32,186 nt of DNA from a bacterium (lineage in GTDB: Bacteria; Bacteroidota; Ignavibacteria; UBA10030), in assembly GCA_043803945.1 (NCBI GenBank), contig JAZDJN010000106.1, positions 1 through 32,186 on the forward strand. The letters run 5' to 3'. The notes beneath the pieces were generated by a model. That model was not told the origin of the DNA, did not search any database, and saw nothing but the letters and a program-made list of their open reading frames with translations. Each line of letters starts with the position of its first letter. The stretch's first letter is position 1. This document shows, one piece after another, positions 24,835-32,186 of this stretch. Position numbers and translations under genes: made by a program.

Positions 24835-27351
24835 TCAACGAATAACAACAAGCTTCTTCATGATCTTTTCGCCGGTATCCTTATCTTCAATCACGACGAT
24901 GTAGACACCGCTGACGACCACCTGGTTGGAGGAGGTGATGGAGTTCCAGTACGCATCACCCGTTCCATCATTGTGCACAATTTCTTTAATCAGCTCACCG
25001 AGTTCCGTATAGATCTTGATGAGACAATTTGCCGGAACATTGAAGAAGGCGATCTTATCTCCTTCGCTGGGGAACCGGAAGCGGTTTTCATTTGAAGAGA
25101 TGATGTACGGATTTGGTGCAATGCGGATTGCATCGCTTGCCTTTCCCTTCTTCACGATATCGGCAGGAAGGTCTACACGCTGTCCACCGACATACATCTT
25201 GACAGAATTCTCCGAGCTGACATCGAGCATCCAAACCTGATAGAAGACACTATCGACACTCGTTGTATCAACCGGGAGTGTAAACGATTTCTTTGTCCCT
25301 GCTGTGACATTTTTGAAATCTAATGGGACCTGTCCGGCTGCCGGTACGATGACGGTCCGTACTCCCTTCGTAAAGGTGATCAGTTTAAAGTCTGCGACAG
25401 AAAAGTTTTCACCGCTGACTGACTCAAACTCTATCTTCGTCGAGTCTTTCACATAGGCACGGGTGACCTTTGCATAGGCCATCTGTGCTGCGGGACCAGC
25501 GGGCCGCTTCAATGTAGTGGCATCGTAAGTTTGAGTATAGAACCGGCTGCTTTCAAGTTCTCCGGCCGGAGTCTTTGTCGCTGCATCCGCAGCAATCGGA
25601 TTGGTAAAGGAGACAACATAGTAGTAGTAGGAAATACCACGGATCGCAGTTTCATCGTCAAACGAATAGATCTTGCTCGAAGAGTAATTGGTGTATGAAG
25701 TCGCGGGTTTATTGCCACCGCACTGGAACATGAGGTAGTATGTGCTATCGACACGTCCGGTGGCGCGGTAGACGCGATACCCGACAAAGCCATTGGCGGA
25801 TTCCTTCGCATTCGGTTCCCAGGTAACAGCAATTTTATTTCCGCCGCCATTCACCTTAACAACCGAAGGTGGATATGGGGGCTCAGGAATTTTGAATCCA
25901 GAATTGTAGTTTGCCATTGCACGGCGGAACGTTTCGAGCAGGCGGGGCATTCCCAGAAAAACAGAATCGTTCTTTGCCTTGGTATTGATGATACCCTCTT
26001 TATACTTCTTTCCGAGCCGAACAGCCTCATCACGTGTTAATCCGTTGACAGCTTCAACGAACACAATTTTGATACTCTGCCCCGGTGCCAGTGTATAGGG
26101 GCCGTATCCCATACCGGATGAAAAACCGCCCGGAGCACCAACACCAATATTCGACTGCACCGTTTGCTGCGTAAACTTACCCTGCGGTTCGACTAGCCAT
26201 GCATGCCGGGGTTGATGACCTTCCGTCATCTTTGCATATTCCTGATCCATCATCACACTGTTGTATTGGCTGTTATTGCGCGTCAATGGCTCATCGGAAC
26301 CGATGAAGTTTGTCGTTGTCGGCTGGTTCGGATCGCTGACTTTTTCCGTCGGCGATTTGTCTGCATAGATATGGGCATTCCCTACAAACTGTGCACCACC
26401 CAATCTCCAGTTCGTATCTGATGACGCAACATAGCCTGCCGATGCACTTGGATTCCAGATGGGCGCTCCAATATTGTCGTATGTAGCAGCATTGGGAGAG
26501 CTTCCAGCGGGCGGACGGTTTGCGGTTTTGTGGAATCCATGCCAGGTGAACATTGCTTTGACATCATTCTGATTCGGGAATAATGTCTGGAGTGTCGTAT
26601 TAGCGATATCAGGAGGGAATCCACGCGCATCATTCATCGCATTGATCCCCCATCCTGCGTCATTGCTCACACAGTAACGAATTTCAGCACAAACAGAATA
26701 TCGATACTGCCAGTAGAAAGAGAGGCCCGTCAACGTTTTCGATGCCAAACCGATCTTCGAATTGCCGGTGTTCGTAAATGTAAACTCAAAGATGTGATAA
26801 TTGTCATGGTGCTGCTGGCTGAAGGCAAATATTCTTCGCTCAACTTTCAATCCGATCGAGGTATTGACCACCGTCAGCAGCATACGGTCTGCTTTCATTG
26901 TTTCATCCACACCTTTGAGATCCTCCGGACTTTTGAATGTCGGATTACCGTCGACAAACACACGGGGCGGATCGAACTTAGCAAAAAGGTCGAAGGTTTC
27001 CGGGAAGAATTCATTATCGCCGTTTACACGGGGACCAACATGGACAACCTTCGCACCGGTGTATTTTACTCCACGCTCATCGGTGAAATTGGTGGTGCCG
27101 ATCCACATTCCCTTAGCGGCCTGATTGGATTGATAGGCGTATTGAGCGGGCCACATTAAGCCGTATTGCTGCTGTCGAACATTCCCTTCCTCAATTTCCC
27201 AACCCTTCTCAGAAAACCAGTTCTGCAATGAGCCAACCTGGATCCATTTGGTTTGACCCTGCGTAAATGCCCGCTCCGTTGGAATCGCAAGGAGGAGCAA
27301 GATTGGCAGGAGAATAAGGGCTGAAATATTTTTAATAAACGATCTTGTCAT
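24835..27351 (-). CDS. Large secreted protein with FN3-like domain and an atypical T9SS/FlgD-like C-terminal domain
   Basis: Signal peptide from MTRSFIK (RBS AGAGGA); PEPPYPP..IAVTWE..FVGYRVYRA..YYYYVVSF (FN3); CTD IRIAPNPY..IAFFNVPANCLIKIYTELGELIKEI..W..VVSGVYIVVI..KKLVVIR. Confidence 0.75.
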   Translation of the reverse strand: MTRSFIKNISALILLPILLLLAIPTERAFTQGQTKWIQVGSLQNWFSEKGWEIEEGNVRQQQYGLMWPAQYAYQSNQAAKGMWIGTTNFTDERGVKYTGAKVVHVGPRVNGDNEFFPETFDLFAKFDPPRVFVDGNPTFKSPEDLKGVDETMKADRMLLTVVNTSIGLKVERRIFAFSQQHHDNYHIFEFTFTNTGNSKIGLASKTLTGLSFYWQYRYSVCAEIRYCVSNDAGWGINAMNDARGFPPDIANTTLQTLFPNQNDVKAMFTWHGFHKTANRPPAGSSPNAATYDNIGAPIWNPSASAGYVASSDTNWRLGGAQFVGNAHIYADKSPTEKVSDPNQPTTTNFIGSDEPLTRNNSQYNSVMMDQEYAKMTEGHQPRHAWLVEPQGKFTQQTVQSNIGVGAPGGFSSGMGYGPYTLAPGQSIKIVFVEAVNGLTRDEAVRLGKKYKEGIINTKAKNDSVFLGMPRLLETFRRAMANYNSGFKIPEPPYPPSVVKVNGGGNKIAVTWEPNAKESANGFVGYRVYRATGRVDSTYYLMFQCGGNKPATSYTNYSSSKIYSFDDETAIRGISYYYYVVSFTNPIAADAATKTPAGELESSRFYTQTYDATTLKRPAGPAAQMAYAKVTRAYVKDSTKIEFESVSGENFSVADFKLITFTKGVRTVIVPAAGQVPLDFKNVTAGTKKSFTLPVDTTSVDSVFYQVWMLDVSSENSVKMYVGGQRVDLPADIVKKGKASDAIRIAPNPYIISSNENRFRFPSEGDKIAFFNVPANCLIKIYTELGELIKEIVHNDGTGDAYWNSITSSNQVVVSGVYIVVIEDKDTGEKIMKKLVVIR

Positions 27352-27397
27352 AGTATCCTCTTTATCTCTATGCTTCATTCTCTGATTGATTGTCATG

Positions 27398-30300
27398 CTA
27401 GAATAAATCAAACGAGAGCCTGACACCTAAATAAATGTCTCGCGGATTAAGGAAGTTAAACCAGTCCTGGTTTGGCATGTCAATGTAAGCCTTATCCGCA
27501 AGAACACGATCGACCTCTGCCTGATCAGCAAGCTGCCAGGCATTATTGATCCAACGATAATATTGCTGTGCCGTGTAATCATAATAGATCGGCCGTGTGT
27601 AAGGAGCGGCAATTGATTTGACATCTTTTGAGAAGACCATAGGCTGATACTCTACGCCTGACTTCCGGTAGTCCATTGGCCGATCATCACCGGGGATATT
27701 GCCGTAGTACTTATTAAACTCCTCGGGCAGATGCAACGATTTCATATATGTGTCGAAGTCCGTTGCATCGACAAAGCCGTAGCTGGTCATCTGTTTCAGG
27801 TTCAACACGTTATTAATATCGCAGAAGAATTGAAGGTTCAGTCCTCCAATCTGGAAACTCTTGCTCACACGGAGATCGACACCGTAGGTATCGCGATACT
27901 GCAGGTTATAGATGACGCCGGGAACTGAACCGCCGCCAACCCAAGTCGTGTATCCACCGGCACTCCATGAGGCAAGGATGTTCATTCTCCAATCGCCGAG
28001 CGGTTTGATGCCCGCGAAATCAGGACCAAAATCGTACGGTATGAAGAAATCGATATTGGCTCTGGCAAACGGTTGTGCTAACGGCTTAAATTGAGTTGGA
28101 TTTGTCCGTTCATCAATTCGCTGGTCAACAGGATTCTGGTAGTAGCGCGGACGGCCGAACTCACCGCTTGTTGAAACCATATACGTATAATTCAGGAATC
28201 CCTGGATCCAGTTACCCCGATTCTTTGTCAATGTAAATTCAAATCCACGGATATCCTCGTAGGAGGTATTTGTGGTTACGGTGTAGTTCGGAACGTTATT
28301 ATACCCGATATAATTCACGAGCCGTGATTGGTCGCTGATGTCTTTATAATAAGAGGCTATGCGCAGAAGGAACATATCGAACAAATTATGTTCGTAGCCG
28401 AGTTCGTATGCGACTGTCTTCTCCAGCGGAAGATCCGGGTCTGCAACACGAATTACATCTCCAGAGGCGGTTTCGTGCCGTATCAGGAAGAGCTGCTCCG
28501 GCAAAGGCATCGAACGGAAATGACCGTAATTGAAATAAAGCTTTGCATTTTCTGTAATCGGGAAGGCAATATTCAACCGCGGCATCCAGTGCGTTACTCT
28601 CTTAGTCGGCGATTTCGGCAATAAGGTATCGAGGCCGTACGAGATTGCGCCGCGGAAATAGCGTGTATACACATCATAATCGTACCACTCACCGCCAGCA
28701 TGCGACATAGCAAAACGGACACCGGCATCCACAATCATACCTTCAAATTCTAACTTATCCTTAATGTAGGCTTCGAGGCGTGTCGGGTACGTTGTCCATT
28801 TCGACCATGATCGTCCGGAGGGAAGGACCACATCGATCGAGCCATAGTTCACAGCACTTTTCGTATAGTTAAACTCAACTCCGCCTTTCAACTCATTGTA
28901 TTTGTCGAGCTGACTGACTATATCAAATTTTACCTGATACGCCTCCGTCTTGCTGCTGTCACGTGCATTGCTCATACCAATCGCCATGCGCATTCCATCA
29001 AGACCTGTTGTGGAATAATTCCCCGGATTGCCGAAGAATCCGAACGGTGCTTCGTCGACGTAGTAGCTGTTGCCAAACTTATAGATACGAGATGTATCAC
29101 GCTCTCGTCCAGGGTTTGTGCTGTAGGAGGTTGCTACCCGTTGTGCAATGACTTCATAGAATGTCATTGGACTTAGAAAATGGGTGAACTTTGCACCGAC
29201 TGAGAATAGTTCACGGCTGTTTGGAGCCCAATAGTCTGTTGTAAATAATCGCGTATCGATGTAGCTCACTCGATTCATCGACGATCCAATGGTACCGGCA
29301 GTAGTAAAGCGGCTATAAGTACCTGTTTGATTCGGGTCAACCGCTTCTAATCGTCCGAAGGTGGAATTCACCATAAGTTTCATTCCTTTACCGATATCGG
29401 ACGTGACTTTTAATGTTGTGCTGTAATCGTTATACCCTTCACGGGAAAGCGGGATTGCGTAGATTGCATTCGAAGAACGGAATGAGGCATAGAAGCGAAG
29501 ATTGCCGAGCTCTTCCGAGAATACAGGCGATGGTCCGCCAAAACCGAGATCGATATCATAGTCAGGCTTGGTGATGTCAAAGCTTTTCCTGTGCTGCCAG
29601 AGGAAGAGTTGACGAGCAGCTTCTGGAGTGAGGTCATTTGTCAGATCGTCATCGGTTACAAGTTTTTGTGAGACTGAGTTCCATCCTTCAAATGGTTTGT
29701 ACTGGGCCTGGGTCCAGGGATCCCATACGCCATTCGTCGTTCCTGTCCAACACACTGTCGGGTCGAGGAATGGACGGATCCAGTAGGAATCGAATTCGTT
29801 CGGTTTCATACCGAAGTACTTCTTTGTGGCAGGGCTATAACGAATGACTGCGCCCACGTTGTATCTCTTTATGCTGCCCTCTTTCGTGACGACGTTAATC
29901 AGACCTGATCGGATGTTTCCATACTCTGCGCTGAAGCCGCCTGTCTGGATCTGAATATCTTCAACCGCCAGCAAACTGACCGATGTGTATGGTGTATTAT
30001 CGCGTTCATCTCGCAGTGTGATACCATCCAGCACGAAGGCCGTCTGGTTCGTTGCACCGCCGCGAACGGAGAGGCCGGAAACGCCAGCCTGCAAACCGAT
30101 GACGCTTGCGACCTGAACGATGGGCAGATTTTGCACGTCACGTGCTGTAATATTGGCTCTGCTTGCTGCCACATCCTTATCTACGATCGGCCTCGTTGCG
30201 GTAATCACCACCTCCTGTGTCGTAACAGATTGTTCAAACAATTTGAAATCCGTAGATGTCGTCTGATTGATAGAGACACGGAGATCAGAGATTGTTGATG

Positions 30301-30541
30301 GTGTATAGCCGACAATAGATGAGCGAAGCCGATAGGAGCCGGGAGGAACGCTGAGGATGACATAATAACCCTCAAGATTCGTGACAGCTCCCAGGGTTGT
30401 TCCTTCAAGCATGACGTTCGCGCCGATGAGAGCTTCGCCGGTTCTCGCATCAGTTACTTTACCCGTGATTTTTCCTGTTTGAGCCAGGAGGATGGAAACG
30501 GAGCAAAGCATGATGACCAGAAAGAAGTATACAGACTTCAT
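27398..30541 (-). CDS. TonB-dependent receptor with N-terminal carboxypeptidase-regulatory-like domain
   Basis: TGKITGKVTDARTGEALIGANV..VPPGSY; plug SVRGG..DG..IQTGGFSAEYGNIRSGLINVVTKEG; PRLNIAFPI; EKTVAYELGYE; C-terminal PRDIYLGVRLSFDLF. Start moved to MKSVYF (RBS AGGAG). Confidence 0.92.
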   Translation of the reverse strand: MKSVYFFLVIMLCSVSILLAQTGKITGKVTDARTGEALIGANVMLEGTTLGAVTNLEGYYVILSVPPGSYRLRSSIVGYTPSTISDLRVSINQTTSTDFKLFEQSVTTQEVVITATRPIVDKDVAASRANITARDVQNLPIVQVASVIGLQAGVSGLSVRGGATNQTAFVLDGITLRDERDNTPYTSVSLLAVEDIQIQTGGFSAEYGNIRSGLINVVTKEGSIKRYNVGAVIRYSPATKKYFGMKPNEFDSYWIRPFLDPTVCWTGTTNGVWDPWTQAQYKPFEGWNSVSQKLVTDDDLTNDLTPEAARQLFLWQHRKSFDITKPDYDIDLGFGGPSPVFSEELGNLRFYASFRSSNAIYAIPLSREGYNDYSTTLKVTSDIGKGMKLMVNSTFGRLEAVDPNQTGTYSRFTTAGTIGSSMNRVSYIDTRLFTTDYWAPNSRELFSVGAKFTHFLSPMTFYEVIAQRVATSYSTNPGRERDTSRIYKFGNSYYVDEAPFGFFGNPGNYSTTGLDGMRMAIGMSNARDSSKTEAYQVKFDIVSQLDKYNELKGGVEFNYTKSAVNYGSIDVVLPSGRSWSKWTTYPTRLEAYIKDKLEFEGMIVDAGVRFAMSHAGGEWYDYDVYTRYFRGAISYGLDTLLPKSPTKRVTHWMPRLNIAFPITENAKLYFNYGHFRSMPLPEQLFLIRHETASGDVIRVADPDLPLEKTVAYELGYEHNLFDMFLLRIASYYKDISDQSRLVNYIGYNNVPNYTVTTNTSYEDIRGFEFTLTKNRGNWIQGFLNYTYMVSTSGEFGRPRYYQNPVDQRIDERTNPTQFKPLAQPFARANIDFFIPYDFGPDFAGIKPLGDWRMNILASWSAGGYTTWVGGGSVPGVIYNLQYRDTYGVDLRVSKSFQIGGLNLQFFCDINNVLNLKQMTSYGFVDATDFDTYMKSLHLPEEFNKYYGNIPGDDRPMDYRKSGVEYQPMVFSKDVKSIAAPYTRPIYYDYTAQQYYRWINNAWQLADQAEVDRVLADKAYIDMPNQDWFNFLNPRDIYLGVRLSFDLF

Positions 30542-30653
30542 AGAAAGTCTCCTGATAGGATAGAAATATCTTACTCGAATAGCCATTAGAGAGGAGGGTC
30601 TCGTTGTTGATTTGAATCATTTGTGTAATGATTGCAGACCGATTGCCAGAATG

Positions 30654-30682
30654 AATATTGAAAATCTTAGCCTCGATGTCAA
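30654..30682 (-). promoter_or_regulatory. Candidate sigma70-type promoter of the TonB receptor operon
   Basis: Minus strand TTGACA (30682-30677), 17-nt spacer, AATATT (30659-30654). The -10 is only 4/6. Confidence 0.4.
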
Positions 30683-30702
30683 GTAAAATGAGGTCGGTTA
30701 GT

Positions 30703-30715
30703 AAAAAAAAAAAAA
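30703..30715. repeat. A13 homopolymer
   Basis: 13 consecutive A, 20 nt upstream of the candidate -35. Confidence 0.9.
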
Positions 30716-30908
30716 CAAACCATTTTTAGGAATTTTCAGAGGGAAAAGGATTCCTCTCGTTTTTTCGTTTACCGAAAGAATTGGGGATTTTTACCCTGGG
30801 GGAGCAATTAGAGTTTTTTAGATGCTCTCGTTTACATTTTTCTGCCATCTCCCTGTATCACAGATAACTGAGATATACTGATAACCATGATGCCTTTTGA
30901 CGTTGTCT

Positions 30909-30936
30909 CTGATTCTATGCTCCTGCGTAGAATCAC
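30909..30936. repeat. Second copy (inverted) of the 28-nt palindrome at 19212
   Basis: CTGATTCTATGCTCCTGCGTAGAATCAC, 25 nt after the PL6 stop. Confidence 0.7.
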
Positions 30937-30961
30937 TGAGAAGCTATGTGTTCAACAGAAT

Positions 30962-32045
30962 TTACTTTTGGTAAAGTAGTTTTTGGGTTTGCAGTGTTGA
31001 GCCGCATGAAAGCCGCGCAAAATAAATACCTGAAGGCAAAGCTTCAGCACCAAAGAGGAATTCATAGCTTCCCGTAGAAAATACCACATTATCAAACAAG
31101 GTCTGCACTTTCTCACCCAGAAGATTGTAAACATTTAATACGGCTCGTCCCGACTTTGGCAGCCACACCCTGATTCGTGTCATACCATTAAACGGATTCG
31201 GATATGCTGCTTCTATTCTTGATTTGAATTGATCCGGATTACTGGTTGTATTCTGCTCCACGGATGTCCAGACCTGCGGCGGAGGGCCAACATCTTTCGG
31301 TGTGAGGGGTCGACGGGTCATCGAAGCATTGGATAACTCATCGGCACCGATGTCTAAACTGTCAACTCTCGCCTGACCGTCCATATCGTTGAGCACGAAT
31401 GGGTATGATCCTTTCGCCGCATTAATCACTGGGCTTGAGAGTTGGGGCCTCCAAAGGCCATCACTCCCCTTAACTATTTTCGGATCAACCATTGATATTC
31501 CCGCAGGTTGTGGACTAATGCCGAGTGTAGCACCATTGAAGATGTTCCCCTCCCAAGTCAGGTTGATTGGTGTATCGGTCAGAGTGATCAACGGATTAGT
31601 TGAGGAATACACCACATTATTTGCAATCACACAATCGAGCGGCTGGAGCGATAGTTCACTGCTCCTCCCTCCACCCAAATTTATGGGATACTTATTATCC
31701 ACCAGCGTATTGAAAACAACAATTGCACGTTTGACTTGATAATAACGATCGAGCGGTGAATTAGGGACACCATTCATAAGCGTTAATGCTGATTTCAAAC
31801 TATTCCCCACCGTCCCAGTGATATAGTTGTTATAGACTTTGTGATCTTCGCCAATGATCCGAATACCACCAGAATTCGGCACCTTGTTGCCAAAGAAGAA
31901 ATTCCCTTCAACAGTACACCGGTTCCCATGACGCAATGTCAGCGTCCCCTGACAGCTCACAAAGGTGTTATTCCGGTAGACATTCCCGCATGACTTGTTC
32001 GAGACCGTTTCTATCTCACCGTTACACTCTTCAAAATAATTGTAC
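30962..32045 (-). pseudogene. 3' portion of a PL6 polysaccharide lyase (chondroitinase B/alginate lyase fold) with T9SS CTD, interrupted by an IS
   Basis: The frame extends upstream of the called start: YNYFEECNGEIETVSNKSCGNVYRNNTFVSCQGTLTLRHGN..GGIRIIGEDHKVYNNY (PL6 catalytic Lys/Arg region). CTD AYPNPFN..LPSGIYFARL. Similarity stops at the IS end at 32046. Confidence 0.85.
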
Positions 32046-32186
32046 GGAGGTGTACCCCGTTGACTGGACAGTTTTCAGTGAAAGTTAAGGTGGACAATAT
32101 ATCGTTGTGTTCTTCTGTTGTCAAGGTCGTTCTTTGAAATAAGTTCTGTATAAAATATTCTTTCATATACCCGATCGTTCAGAGGG
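32046..32186 (-). mobile_element. Right end of an IS3-family element, running off the window
   Basis: GGAGGTGTACCCCGTTGACTGGACAG resembles IS3/IS600-type terminal IRs (TGAGGTGTAC..GGACA) but begins GG rather than TG. It coincides exactly with the loss of PL6 coding signal, and an open minus frame ends (..VHLNFH*) just inside it. Confidence 0.6.

Noticed and set aside
24835-30541. Classical SusC/SusD pair
   Set aside because: The receptor lacks recognisable SusC signatures, and the next gene is not a lipoprotein but a CTD-bearing secreted protein.
1-32186. tRNA, rRNA, riboswitch, prophage or defence genes
   Set aside because: None recognised by eye. An Infernal/Rfam and DefenseFinder scan would be needed to exclude them formally.

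Overview
A 32-kb, ~46% GC window. The T9SS-type C-terminal sorting domains, the PorV/PorQ-like barrel and the TonB receptor style suggest an Ignavibacteria-like member of the FCB/Bacteroidota superphylum (inference). Both ends are IS ends that truncate secreted CAZyme genes: an IS701-like end in a DUF187/GHL10 gene on the left and an IS3-like end in a PL6 lyase on the right. Between them lie: (i) a CBM9-like gene, a broken TlpA, an AhpD/CMD protein, mobA and an aldose 1-epimerase; (ii) an SDR-GH88-eda uronate module interrupted by an inverted-repeat-flanked, internally deleted GxxExxY cassette; (iii) a probable sigma54-controlled hydroxyproline/collagen-peptide locus (Cys/Thr proline-racemase-family trans-3-hydroxyproline dehydratase, glycyl-radical HypD and its activase, POT transporter, M24 Xaa-Pro peptidase, S37 peptidase); (iv) a pgsB-pgsC-pgsW poly-gamma-glutamate locus whose intergenic spaces are packed with palindromic repeats; (v) a SusD-less uptake operon (TonB receptor, T9SS cargo, PorV-like barrel, IPT lipoprotein, T9SS beta-propeller). 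The most unusual non-coding feature is an array of six ~47-nt hairpins at 20461-20810. Their stems differ, but four of the six loops keep the same CTCAG motif at the same register. All family calls come from motif recognition, not database searches.
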